This document shows, in pieces, positions 26,970 to 39,160 of a DNA stretch of 64,000 bases (within the stretch, counting starts at the first letter, position 1; each line of letters opens with the position of its first letter). The stretch comes from Podarcis erhardii (Eukaryota): the NCBI GenBank assembly GCA_964252035.1, contig OZ176209.1. One strand, 5' to 3'. Position numbers and translations under genes: made by a program. The notes below the pieces were generated by a model. The model saw nothing but the letters and a program-made list of their open reading frames with translations, did no database searches and was not told the origin of the DNA.

Positions 26970-27000
<31 letters not shown>

Positions 27001-27003
27001 CAA
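26957..27003. repeat. Compound (CAA)n(CAG)n(CAA)n microsatellite
   Basis: Directly visible. It lies upstream of the SLC17A8 start codon and has no splice context. Confidence 0.9.
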
Positions 27004-27064
27004 GCCTATATTTATATGGAGGTCTGGAGGGGCACCAGATTTTGTCTTTACTCATGGTGCCATA

Positions 27065-27148
27065 AAGTGGTACCTCTGGTTACAAACTTAATTCATTCTG
27101 GAGGTCCGTTCTTAACCTTTAAACTGTTCTTAACCCGAGTTACCACTG
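27065..27148. mobile_element. Internally deleted Tigger-like MITE (84 bp)
   Basis: TA-aagtggtacctc...gagttaccactg-TA. Interior matches the first part of the 1741/6746 family. Confidence 0.75.
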
Positions 27149-27399
27149 TACAAGTAATTGGGGGTAGGAATCAAGAAATGGGGTCATAAGCAGGATAAAC
27201 AAACTGACTGATAAGCTGAAGCTAAGAACAGCTGCTGCTGTTACATTACTGGCTAAGGGCAAGGAGGATTGAAGAGGTTCTTGCACTCTTACCTTATCAT
27301 TATCATGGTGAGTCATGGCCCCTTCAAAGCACTTCAGGCCTACTTATATTCACTAGGGCTAAACAATTTTCTTAACCAAGAAAAAGAAATTTTAAGGGG

Positions 27400-27865
27400 A
27401 GTTGTGGTATTGATAATATTGCATTACAATCTCTAAAATTAATTTGGGATTTGCTTCCACAAGATATGGTGATGGGCGTAAATTGAGAGTGATTTAAAAG
27501 GGAATTTGACAAATTCACGAGGGGATAAGACATAGAATCAAAGAACTGTACAGAAAGGCTCATCTAGTCCAATCCCCTGCAATGCATGATTCTCAGCTAA
27601 AGCATCCATTATATGCTGGTCATACTGTCACCAGGATCAGAAGTAGCAAGCCACTGAATACTGGTTTCTGGGAAACAGTGGCAGAAGAGGGCTACTGTCC
27701 TCACTTCCAAGTTGTGGGCTTCAGTATGGCCAGTTTGGCTCTTATCCTTACTGACAATGTGCTGACAGGGCACCAGGTGTTCACAGAGAGGCCTTATAGG
27801 TGGCTTCTTCTGATCTGCTGTACATTCTGGGTATCCTCTTAAAACCCATCTAAGCCATCTTTATG
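27400..27865 (-). mobile_element. CR1 3' fragments, decayed
   Basis: Reverse-complement CR1 tail (catagaatca...catctagtccaatcccctgcaatg) adjacent to further CR1-like 3' UTR sequence. Confidence 0.5.
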
Positions 27866-28169
27866 AAGGTTGACTTTAAAGAAGAAGAGAGGGAGCGACA
27901 GACAGATGTGGTAATTTAATTTTGTTGTTGGAGGGTTAATGTGGGCTGGGATACAGTATATATTGAATGAATAGGGAGTGTAGCATCCTGGTGTTGACTT
28001 TTGCTCCTTCCCAACTTCAGTGATGTATGGTTTTTCAGCTTGGAAAGACATTATATAGCCATTCCTAGTTGTTGGCCTCATTAACCATGACACCAAAAGA
28101 TGGGTAGGATTATCTACCACAGCCTTTAAGAGAGGACAGGTTCAGTAACAGCATTTATGGTGTCTATAT

Positions 28170-28460
28170 TGTTGGCATCCGTCTGTCTCGAGAGACAATG
28201 GCATGCGTCTCCAGGGGTGAAGTCAAACACTGCATTAGCAGCACTGAAGTGACCTTTCACAGACCACAAGCCTGAGCAGTGTGTATGGAGGGCTGGCCAG
28301 ACCACAAGACCCCCCTCTCGGCATCGCTGATGTATTCCAAAGGAAAGCAGAGCAATACGTTTTGTACTAGCTTGGATTCAGGAGCTGCCGGAAGGAAGCG
28401 TACAGGCCCCATCCATCTCTGGATTTTTGTAGGGTTTACTCCCTAGCCTTGTCACATCCA
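28170..28460. repeat. Unclassified interspersed repeat, copy 1
   Basis: gttggcatccgtctgtctcgagagacaatgg...ccaaaggaaagcagagcaata...gtagggtttactc. Clearly homologous to 51148-51600. Confidence 0.7.
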
Positions 28461-28774
28461 CTAGCACACTGTTGGAACTCATTAAGTCTTTACAGCCTGC
28501 TTCACTTCTCATTATAGGCACGATAGATCAATAATACAATCTTCTGGACTTACTCTAATTCGAAACCATTTGGCTCTGTTATACCAAATATGGCACCAAC
28601 AATTGTTCTTTCATATGTTTGTATTGTATGAGGTACATGAAACTATATTTTGTATAATTCAATGCTTTTGCTATCGCCCAGCACTTTTGCTCAGCTACCA
28701 GAGTATAAAAAGCTCCATCTTTAGAGCTTATGAGCATGAGACTTAATCTGAGGGTCATGGGCCCATGTCCCTTG

Positions 28775-28850
28775 TCAGGCAAAAGATTCCTGCATTGTGG
28801 GGGTTGGACTAGATGCCCCTCATGGTCCTTTTCAACTCTACAATTCTATG
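28775..28850 (+). mobile_element. CR1 3' tail
   Basis: attcctgcattgtggggg ttggactagatgccc...caactctacaattctatga. Confidence 0.65.
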
Positions 28851-29135
28851 ACAAAGACTGATAATATTAATTTCAGAAATACTGTAAGTTATCCTGCAGA
28901 TTGAAAACTATGCAGTCTGTTAAGTACATCAAACTCCTATATGGAATTAAAAACAAAACAGAACACACCCACACCAAGCCACATTGCTCTCAATTTGCCT
29001 ACTTCCATACAAAATTGTTTAAATTTTTTATGCCTACTTCCATAAAAAAATTAGGCTCACGGGACTAAACATTTGAAGGTTTTATAGTTATCTATTGCAA
29101 AAGTTCTTAATAAAATTAATCATACACATGACAAA

Positions 29136-29485
29136 GGGACACGGGTGGCACTGTGGGTTAAACCACAGAGCCTAGGACTTGCCGATCAGAAGGTCAGTGG
29201 TTCAAATCCCTGCGACGGGGTGAGCTCCCGTTACTCAGTCCCTGCTCCTGCCAACCTAGCAGTTCGAAAGCACGTCAAAGTGCAAGTAGATAAATAGGTA
29301 CCGCTCTGGCGGGAAGGTAAACGGCGTTTCCATTTGCTGCTCTGGCCAGAAGCGGCTTAGTCATGTTGGCCACATGACCTGGAAGCTGTACGCCGGCTCC
29401 CTCAGCCAATAAAGCAAGATGAGCGCCGCAACCCCAGTCGGTCACAACTGGACCTAATGGTCAGGGGTCCCTTTACGTTTACCTT
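29136..29485 (+). mobile_element. Sauria SINE, full length
   Basis: Head gggacacgggtggcactgtggg with box B-like ggttcaaatccc and tail ctttacgtttacctt. Flanking direct repeat atacacatga at 29122-29131 and 29486-29495. Confidence 0.9.
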
Positions 29486-32400
29486 ATACACATGAATACA
29501 TAGGTCTATGAGGATCACAAGTCACTGAAAACTTTCCTTCAAGTTGCTTTTGTCCAGCTCACATATATTTACTTAGAAGCAAGTTTAAATAATACAAAAC
29601 TGAACATATATACCAAGCCCCTATGAAAGTGAATATGATGTTGTGACCCCAAGTATGCTTACTCATCCATTTAACTTGAGATTCATTTTTAATGGGGGGA
29701 GGGGGCCAAAAGTTCTTCAGTGGCCTATGCTACACATAAATGAAGTTTGGCTGTTAATATGACATGAAACTACATTTGACTTAAGAACTTTTGGTATTAT
29801 TATGTTCCATTTTACAACCTCACACTTGTTATGCTATAGTGACATCTTATGGTCATTTTATTCCATTTAGTTTCCATGTATATTGGATGTGTGTTTTTTG
29901 GTTCATTTGTTTTCTAAATTCATTGGACCTATGATGTACCTTATTCTTTGCTGTAGTTTCAGCTTAATACAAATATTACTATATCATTTCAAGAGTGCTG
30001 AAATTTATGGTACTCAGAAATGCTGCAGTAACAATGTATATGCAGCGAAAACACCACCACAATGATGAAATATTAGGTACATTTTTTAGTCCTTTAGATT
30101 GCTGTGGGAAACATTGAATTTTAACCATTTGGAAGGCATTACACTCTCACCTTAAAAGGTGAAAATATGAAAAGTTTATTATTTCAATAAAGCAACATCA
30201 TTCAAGATTTGAAAACTACACAGTTATTCATTCACAGTACAAAGTTGTAGGAATTTCTTGTAACCATCACTGTACATTTTACATATTTTTAAGTATTACC
30301 AGTTTTAAAAGTTGATATAAAGAATAGATTTATTTTGAAAAGCAGCAAGGTCCAATAAAACCAAAATAGAGTATCATGCTCCAACCATTCTGCTGATCAC
30401 AAACCACAGCAACACTAGAGTAATATCATTACTTTACACACACAAAATTGAATGCCTTACAGTCTAAACATAAAATTTGCCACAACTAAGGAAGGACTGT
30501 ACAATTAGACAGACATTAAATATTTTGAATCAGGCCTGAGTTCAATACATATAAAGCCATTTGAATATACAACTTCCAACTTGAGAGATATATACAACAC
30601 TTAAAATTGCCTGAAATTTTAGTATTTCAAAGAGAACCTCTTTTTACAAATTTCTGTACAAAGGGAGCCATTGAAGATTTAGACTGGAAGCCAAAATTCA
30701 AAATCAGAACCTGCTTGGAGTAATCGTAGCTTTCCCGTCAATTTCTATTTGAATGCAGATTGTCACAACAAATCTGGTGCATCCAAGTTCAGGTTAATTA
30801 AAATTGCAATCATATATTGTAACAGTCAGTATATATTACAATGCCAAAAAGGCAGACCCAGGTAAATTGTTCTTTTAAAAAATATATCTGGAACTGCACA
30901 AACCCGGCAAATTTCAGAAGATATCCACAAGTCAATTTTGAAACATCATGTAACCAGGAGCGAGAGAGCAGTTGTTTATTTAGAGTGAAATATCCACCTC
31001 ATACCAATTAGGCTAGATCGATGAAACTATAGTGTACAAAGATAGAAAAGTATTATTTCTATGTGAAACATACATGTGGAAAACTGCAAATCAATTGTCA
31101 CAAGTTTACACTGAAATAATCCTCAACATTTTCTAATGGACAAACGACAATATTGCTTACTTGTTATGTTTTACTGTTATGAGAGCCAAAAGCCTTAATA
31201 TAGTTGAGGGGAAAGCAAGGCTACTGAAATATTAGCCTGCCTGTGAATTTCAGTGATTCGTGTTTTCCAAGAATTAAGACTTCTACCATAATATTGCTTT
31301 ACAGACCCAGCTAAACTGATGTCAGGCTATAACTTTCATTCCTTCTGTGTATATTGGGTGTATTGGGTGTATATTGGGTTATATCTAATTGGGGATCTGC
31401 TGACACAATGACACACACACACACACCATCTGCTCTGGAGTGTCCCCAACTCTCTGCAGCAAATTTTGAGACTGTGCAGGAAGCTGGAAGGGACAGGAGA
31501 GGAAGTTCCATTGTGCAAATGAAACCCCAGTGTTAGTAATTTTAATAAGGGAATATCATGAAAGTAACTGAATATATTAAGTGTTTTTTCATTAAATGAA
31601 CTCCTAACTTCCTTTTGTTAGGAACTACTCCCATTTGAAAGAGGGAGGTTACTTCTAGTTACATCCCTCCCTTTCTATTTGTATAAATAAACATTTCAGC
31701 TCATGTTGAGTAAACAGGACTTGATCCCTGTTAAATACAAACGGGGCATAAATAAGCAGGTTTATTATCTGCTGCATCTGCTTTCCAAATTACATAATAA
31801 TTTTTGTATTTCAAAGAATCTGAGAAGCTGAAAATAGGATTTTCAGCTTGCTTTACTAATTAAGATCATACTTCAAGGTATTACAATTCATAAGAGTACA
31901 ATAAATAAGAATAGCATTTGTATTCAAGCATTTACAATCATTGTGTCTTTCATACTCCTTCACCCTATATGTTTTTTCAACCATAACACTCTTGCTAGTG
32001 ACACCTGTCAAGTGATCTAAAGGTGTTGACATATCATGTGTAGATTTCCCGTCATTATGAAAAGGTGAGAGTGCTGGTGTCACTAGCATTATCCAAACAT
32101 CCTATTGAGCACATAGCAGCTCCTTTGTTTAGCTCACGGTAAAGGAAAAAGTCACCAGCTATAAAAGCATAAAAACAGGTCAGGGAGATTTTCATAAATG
32201 AACTCTACAAGGAATAGTCTATCTCCAAATTCACATCTTCCTGTGAAAATGGCAGCTTCGTGGAATTTGGAGAAGTTGAACAAACATCTCTGCTAGCAAA
32301 TTGATGAAAAAAATCCCTTCCTGACTCCAAGAATACATAAATTATCTTGAAAAAGAACTTTACTAGAGATTTATTTGATAATCACAGAAAGAACTATTCA

Positions 32401-33571
32401 CATGTTATATTTAACAAGTGTCTTTCTCCTCTGTTGTCTTATGAAAGGTAATCACTATGCTTCTATAAGCAAAAACATAACATGTTGATTTTGTAAGAGA
32501 CTTTAGTCATGTATCAAGGTGTTTCCTCATTACATGTTTTTTTCTGCTTGCAGCCTTAGCTCAAATATAATTGTCACTATTAAAAAAAAAAAAGTGGCCA
32601 ACAAAATTGCCATTGATCCTTAGGCTGAAAGGTTTTAAGGTAAAGTCTCCCACAGTATTAGTACAAAATGATTTCCCTCCCCCTGCTCTCTCTCAAGCAG
32701 TCTCAATGGAATAATGAAATCTGAAAGTCTGAAAAATAAAAAGGTTAACAAGAAAGGCCAATCCCAAATGTGGGTATACATTATTTTTTTTACAACGAAC
32801 TGAGGCAGGGAGCTGTGGCTGGAATACAAAACTTATAATGTTTCATCATGGGTCATGATGGGGAGTTGGAGTCCAGCAACATCAAGAGAGCCCAGATTTA
32901 GCCACCCCTGAAAGAAACCATCCCCAGCCTTGTGTCGTTAAAGAAACTTGTTTTCCACATATTATAGGGAAGCTTCATATTCTGTACTGTTCTGCTTTTT
33001 TAAAGAAAAGCTTTACACAAAAATGTAAAGTTTGAGTCTTAAGAAACCTGGAGACCATACAAGGAACCTAACACATTTAATATTCATAAATTTACACACA
33101 GAGTTATTTAGCTAATTGAGCATATTCAGTGAGAGTATTAATATAACATAAATAACACAAGTGTTGTGTGTGTTTTTCTTTTTTAAAAACAACAACACAA
33201 TTTTATCACTGGTCCCAGAGATACAAAACAAAAGTACTAAGGCAGCAGCTATAATACAAAGTTCTTAAGATACATTTAACAGTATTACAGCTTAAATTTG
33301 GAAATAAAATTTAACAAAATACAGCTCACATTTACAGCATAAGGCCCTTTGGTTTCTTAAGCAGCAAATGAAAATGATTCAATCAGTGAAAGGCTTTGAA
33401 AAATAAAGTATGTAGGCTTTCTATAAAAATGGTAACTAATTCTTTCCTTCTCAAAATAGCCAGCTATAGTCCAAAGTACTATGTAAGAAAGATCTCAAAA
33501 TTCCCAGGAAAGAAAGAGTTAAATGTACAGTAGAAATAGCAGACAGGGTAGAGACTGGTTCATCCCCCAAC

Positions 33572-33611
33572 TAATTAACCACATAAACTGTTAATTAACC
33601 ACATAAACTGT
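33572..33611. repeat. Perfect 20-bp tandem duplication
   Basis: taattaaccacataaactgt occurs twice in tandem. Confidence 0.9.
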
Positions 33612-34820
33612 TGCTTCCATTTTGGGGGAAACTTGTATTTGAAAGAATCCTTTAAGGGAGATGCAAAATGGTTGTTCACTCCAAATCTGACTGCAGAAAA
33701 TTTTATATTAGCCTTTCAAGTGAGACTGAACATTAAGTATACAATGATTTGGCATACATTAAACAACCTGCCTTAGTCAACTGCTGCATCATCCAACTTT
33801 GTAATTTATTCAACTGAAATAAAACAATTCAGAGGTCTCTTGAATGTGATCAAATTTAAATTCAAAAGAAGTATGTATCAGAGGGATGGCAACCTCTTAC
33901 TTTTGTCTTAGAAGTAGCCAGAAACTTGGAATACGAATTGAAGCTCTTTTCCTACTACCAAGCCAAATTTCAATGTGATCAAAGTGACTTCTAAATTCTG
34001 AGGTCATCCACCTTTGCTTCTAGGATGATCCAAAACAGATTAATTTGCACTTGTATTCCTTTAATGCCTAGATTTTCAGCGTAGACATAAGCATGATTAT
34101 TTACTTACTTTTTTTAAGACCTGACTTTAATATCACCATGCCAGCATAGCGGCTTCTATGGTAGGGACTGAAATTTTGGCATAATCAACTGGAGGCAGGT
34201 TATGTAGCATGGTTACCTAAGCAGCATTTTTCAGTGATAAGGAACACATCTCAACTGGGAAAATATCACTCCTACATACCTTATTTTCTGCTGGGAAGAT
34301 TGTAAGTAGCAATCTAGTGTCTTCATGTTCAATCTTGTATGTTTATAGCAAGTTCCAGACTAATGTATGCACCCTACTATAAGGTATTATATTATACCAA
34401 GATGTATTTAGAACTCAGTATCATATCAAATTCAGACAATACAAGATCAACAAGAGCCCAGGGTTTGAAGTCTTCCAACAGCTTATCAGCAATTACAACC
34501 TACTGCTAATTTTTATTGGTTAAGATGTTTATTTGTAAAATAACATGGTGGTCAGAAGACACAATTCTGAAGGTGTGAGGTATGCGGTTTTAATTTTTTT
34601 CTAACTCTGGGCACCTGGATTGACACAACCTGACCTCAAAACTTTGAAATTAGGGGCAAGAGAGATCACTTTGTGCCTAAGAAAATTAAATGCATAGGCA
34701 AATGAAAGTGTATTACTAAGTCGCATCCTGGAAATAGCTTTTCTCTTGTCCATTTTGCTAGATGATGTTTCTTCAAATCAGGTTTTTAACCATACATTAC
34801 CTTGTTCACAATCAGAGCTA

Positions 34821-35444
34821 TTACCCAAAGAGGTCTTTTAAGTCATTACTAGCTGAGCTGCTGCTTGTCATGCTGTTTGTTGGTTGTGTGAAGTTTTGAG
34901 GACTAAAGAAAGGATTTCCCTGCAAGCCAAAGCCAGATTGTCCCATTGCATTCATCTGCGTTCCTAAGGCAGTACTGTTGGAACCCTGAGGAGGTGCAAA
35001 CTGATTAAGCCATGGGTTTGTTTTTTGTTGCGACAACTGATTCATACTAACTTTAGGTTTTTGAGCCCTAAACAGGCTATCTAAAGCTGACATATCTGGT
35101 GGTCTGTTTTGTTGTGCTGGTTGTGAAATTGCAGCTGTAGTGTTCATAGGACTATAAGGTGCCATGTTTGCTGCTGGCATCAGATTCATGTTGGCCATTC
35201 CTGTGACACTAGCAGTACTGAAGTAATTCTGGCTTGTAGTACCAATTCCCATCCCAAATCCAGACGGCTGAAATCCCATATTAGCATTTAGTCCATTTCT
35301 CTTAGCGCTCTCAACAGGGGATGGAAACCCCATTCCAATACCCACTGAAGAAAAGCTATTTGAAGAGGGAACTTTAGGTTTGTTGATGGGCTGGCTGGTC
35401 AATGATGCCATGCTTTCTCTCAAAGTGTCAGTCAAGTCCTTGGT
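34821..35444 (-). CDS. SCYL2: SCY1-like pseudokinase 2, last coding exon
   Basis: cag|ACC, 624 nt. Translates TKDLTDTLRESMASLTS...QKPKVSMNQLSQQK...GNPFFSPQNF...SSASNDLKDLFG then TAA, the recognisable SCYL2 C-terminus. Confidence 0.95.
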   Translation of the reverse strand, partial: TKDLTDTLRESMASLTSQPINKPKVPSSNSFSSVGIGMGFPSPVESAKRNGLNANMGFQPSGFGMGIGTTSQNYFSTASVTGMANMNLMPAANMAPYSPMNTTAAISQPAQQNRPPDMSALDSLFRAQKPKVSMNQLSQQKTNPWLNQFAPPQGSNSTALGTQMNAMGQSGFGLQGNPFFSPQNFTQPTNSMTSSSSASNDLKDLFG

Positions 35445-35599
35445 CTGGGGGGGAAAAAGTACCTATGGTTAAAATACTTTGCAATAGCACTCAACATAAG
35501 CAGCAGCTCTAAGGATGAAAAACAGATGGCAGCACAGTAAGATCATTTTAGGAGGCTGGAATGCCATATTGTACATGCAACTCAAAAATGAGTTTACAA

Positions 35600-36202
35600 C
35601 AGGGGATGCTAACCTACGACCCATGAATAGCCTTTTCACAGCTTTCCAAAATTTATCTTTCTTTCTTTTTTAAATTAACCATTCGGTTTGCTGCTGTGAT
35701 GCCCAGTAGTTCCATGGGCTTGGGGAGGATTCCAAAATGCCCTAACACCCGCCCTCAATCAGTACAGGTGATAGCAGCACTGTATCCAGTAAGTTGTCTC
35801 ATGCTTCCTTAATTCACGGGTGCTTCTGCTTTACATCATTTCCTAGAGATTGTATCTCTTTGCTCAGCATCATTGCAGCCAGTGTGGTCAGTGCCAGCTG
35901 ACAGAGAGTGAGTGACACCAGTAGTTAACAGCAAAAGGGAAACTGAGTACATACTGCTCCCTCCTTCCACTTACCAGATTATTCATTTGGAGAGAGTAAG
36001 CTGCAATCCAGGTGTATGTTCCCTGGCATGTTTGTGAGACATACGTGCACACTGTTGTGTATGGGATGTGTGTTCATGTGCATGCTTATTGTGGGGTGGA
36101 CAAGTCCCTTTTTTGCCATGCCCACCATTGGCATGTGCACCCATACAACAGGTTGGAAGGTGCCAGTGTAGTCCTCAAGTTGGAAAAGATTAACAACTCC
36201 TG
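35600..36202. mobile_element. Older non-autonomous hAT element in the last SCYL2 intron
   Basis: Degenerate TIR caggggatgctaacct / agattaacaactcctg and a perfect 8-bp TSD gtttacaa (35592-35599, 36203-36210). Confidence 0.72.
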
Positions 36203-36402
36203 GTTTACAAGTAAATGTATATGGTTACATTTTTGCATTCACACATTTGCAGCCCAATCACTTTATTAAAGCAATGACTTTGGATGCTTATATGCAATTG
36301 CAAATTGAGATTTGCAACTACTGCAAATTTTACAGGATAAAACTTATTTTTATTAGTTAGCTGCAATAGGACCAAAGATTACAATGAAGACTGAATCCAT
36401 AC

Positions 36403-36522
36403 CTGTTTGACTGGGGCAGTAACTGTGTGAGGCTGAGGTTTAAGTGGCTGTTGGTTTTTCATTTTTTGTGCTTGTTCTTGCTCTTTTGCTAACTTTTGCT
36501 TCTCTTCAAGTGTAAGCGATCC
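36403..36522 (-). CDS. SCYL2: SCYL2 exon 17
   Basis: aag|GGA...CAG|gtatg, 120 nt. Translates GSLTLEEKQKLAKEQEQAQKMKNQQPLKPQPHTVTAPVKQ. Confidence 0.93.
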
Positions 36523-36663
36523 CTTCAAAAGAATAGATTGTTAGTGAGTGGCATCAACTTCAGAGACTTGGATACATAGCTCAGGCTATAGAACCCCTGA
36601 TAAGCATACTGATGAAAAATTCCTTCTTATTTATACCTTGCACAATAATTTATAAAAGCTTAC

Positions 36664-36753
36664 CTTTCTCTTATTTGTCAACATTCCATTCTCTTTACAA
36701 TCAGGTCCACTAGTTAAGATATCTGTTCCTAGGCTGCTAAACACCTTGTCAAT
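36664..36753 (-). CDS. SCYL2: SCYL2 exon 16
   Basis: cag|ATT...AAG|gtaag, 90 nt. Translates IDKVFSSLGTDILTSGPDCKENGMLTNKRK. Confidence 0.88.
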
Positions 36754-36850
36754 CTGTTCAAATTAAAAAAGATGGATGAAGATGCATTTATCTTTAAAAA
36801 GAATTTGATTAAGCAAATACTGGAATGATCCAATAAAGACAGCTTCTTGC

Positions 36851-36917
36851 CTGATTGCCTGTATTACTGGCTTTTGTTTCTTCAGGTGGGCTCATTGGAT
36901 TAGTTATATCGAAAGAT
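36851..36917 (-). CDS. SCYL2: SCYL2 exon 15 (followed by a GC donor)
   Basis: tag|A...CAG|gcaaga, 67 nt. Translates (K)SFDITNPMSPPEETKASNTGNQ and keeps frame with exon 16. Confidence 0.85.
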
Positions 36918-38436
36918 CTACAATGCAAAAGTACAATTATAACAAGGTGCTAGCAAATAGTTTCAGCATAAAACCAACCCCATAAAAATGCAAATTATAT
37001 GTTCCATCTTTAACAAGACAAATGGTAGACAATTTGCTGTAATGAACTTTGCTGTAATGAACTAATTCAGTGTAAGAGAATATGTGCTTTGATTCACCTA
37101 TGGGTGAAGAATTTGCAAGCTACTTTACTTTGCAGAAATCCAAAATGATTTCCAATATTAATTTGTATATGTACTTCATGAGGTAAAGCATATCAGATAA
37201 TTAAAATATAAGCAACATTAGCTACTATTTGATAGTATAAAAAATCTCCTTAAAAAAAGATCTTCACCTCTTAGGCTTCACCTGTTAAATAGACAGCACC
37301 TTGCTCAAGAATATCTATTTTACTTGAAAATACCAAAAATGTCATTGCATACTTCTGAAAAATATATTTAGTTGTATCCAAACGTGTCATTCATTCCATG
37401 AATGGGACAGAAAGCAATTCTCATTGCAGCTTCCCATGCTCCTCCTAAATCTGCTGCAGAGTGTTTCCCATTCCTCTGGAACAGACTTGGGGAGTTGTAG
37501 GGGCAGGATGAGAGCTGAAAATTGCTGCCTTCTCCGTTTCACTCATGGAAGTCTTACGGTTTCATGTCATCCTTAGTAAGAAAATCTATGTTTTAGGTGG
37601 GGAGGGTTTTTCAGCCTGAAATCTGCGTTCCCTTTTCGACAATGTTCCCGTGTGGAGTGGTCTGGGAGCTGCATTTAGCCAGAGGGTTTCCATCCCTGCT
37701 GAAGAGCAATAACTTGTCTCCCAATTTTGTTTCCCTTTAATAATAGTTTATTCATGTGACAAAATAACAAAACCAACAAAAAGTATACTCTCTCTCTCTC
37801 TATATATATATAGTTTCGGCAGAGCTAGGACTGAAACAATTGTGCTAAGAAAGAGATTGCTATCTGGTCTTAGATACTGCAATTTCATTTCTAAGCAACA
37901 TAGAAGGGTGATTTGGTTAGCATGGTTGATCTGCAACATAAAAATTAATATTTAAATTAGTGGGAGACATAGTGGATTGATTCCTTGAACATGGAAAACT
38001 GGTGTTCCAAGTTCTGCTGATGAAAATCATTGGTGACTAACCTACCTGACAGAGTTGTTGTGAAGCTAAAAATGTGCTCTGAACTTCTAGAAGAAAGATG
38101 AATACAAATAACCAACCAACCAAAGAAGGGTTCTTCAAAAATGGCATTTAAGGAAAGGTTGGTCCAATTTGTTAATTCCCAGTCTTTGCCAATACTGGGA
38201 AGTGGATGGATATGCAAGAAATGCAGATACCAAGTTAAAAACCCATTTATTATAAGGAAAACCACACTGTACAGATTTGAACTAAAAATATAAAAAGGAA
38301 GCTTGAGTGGTATAACAAAGACACTTGAATCTTGAATGAACAGTGAAAATTTTCCAGTTAGTTTGGAAACTATAAAAGAAGACTGTAAACTATCCTCTAA
38401 TAATTCACTGTAGATACAAACAATATGCACACTTAC

Positions 38437-38537
38437 TTTTGCTGTTCTTGCATAACATGGATCTGTTCAAGTTTGGTCTTATGCTCAGCTTCCAATTTAC
38501 ATAACATCTCTTTTATGACTGAAATGAAGGAATTAAA
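38437..38537 (-). CDS. SCYL2: SCYL2 exon 14
   Basis: tag|TTT...AA|gtaagt, 101 nt. Translates FNSFISVIKEMLCKLEAEHKTKLEQIHVMQEQQ(K). Confidence 0.94.
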
Positions 38538-38601
38538 CTAGAAAAGAAATACAAGTATATTTAATTATTATTTTAAAGGCTGTGCCACCATGAGCAGAAT
38601 A

Positions 38602-38813
38602 CAGTCATACCTCGGGTTGAAGTCGCTTCAGGTTGAGCGTTTTCAGGTTACGCTCTGCGGTGACCCAGAAGTAACAGAACGTGTTACTTCCGGGCTTCGT
38701 TGCTTGCGCATGTGCAGACGCTCAAAATGACATCACGCGCATGCGCAGAAGCGGCAAATCGCGACCCGTGAATGCGGAAACGCGGCTAGCGTTCACATCC
38801 AGAGGTACCACTG
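38602..38813. mobile_element. Tigger-like MITE, related termini with a different CpG-rich interior
   Basis: TA-cagtcatacctc...gaggtaccactg-TA. Confidence 0.7.
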
Positions 38814-39160
38814 TATGCAAACAAGAAATATTCAAACTAGTTCCTAGATCTGTTTTCATTTATTAAATTCTTAAAAGCTAAATGTCGCACAGCAACTACT
38901 GTGTCCCTCATATTTAAGTTGAGGTAAAAAGACAGAATTTAAAAAATATTTTAAAAGGCATATGCTTTTATTTTTCTAAGTAAATAGATCAAAGTAGCTA
39001 ACAATGGAATACAAACCCAGTAAAAAACATGAAACAAACAAGGCAGGGAAGTCAAAGATGATATAAAAAGCAGCCTATAAAATGAACAGTTATAAGTATT
39101 TGTCCTTGTCCATGCATTTGATCCATATATCTTAATAGCTGAATATGAGACAGGAAACTA

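Noticed and set aside
26935-27189. 84-aa ORF with a polyglutamine tract
   Set aside because: The polyQ is a CAA/CAG microsatellite and the rest runs through a MITE. There is no splice context or homology, and it lies antisense and upstream of SLC17A8.
29136-29230. tRNA-like A/B boxes considered as tRNA genes (also 10595-10650)
   Set aside because: They are heads of SINEs with SINE bodies and tails and do not form a full cloverleaf.
37957-38430. 157-aa minus-strand ORF in a SCYL2 intron
   Set aside because: TTG start, low-complexity hydrophobic composition typical of T-rich DNA, and not needed for the SCYL2 frame.
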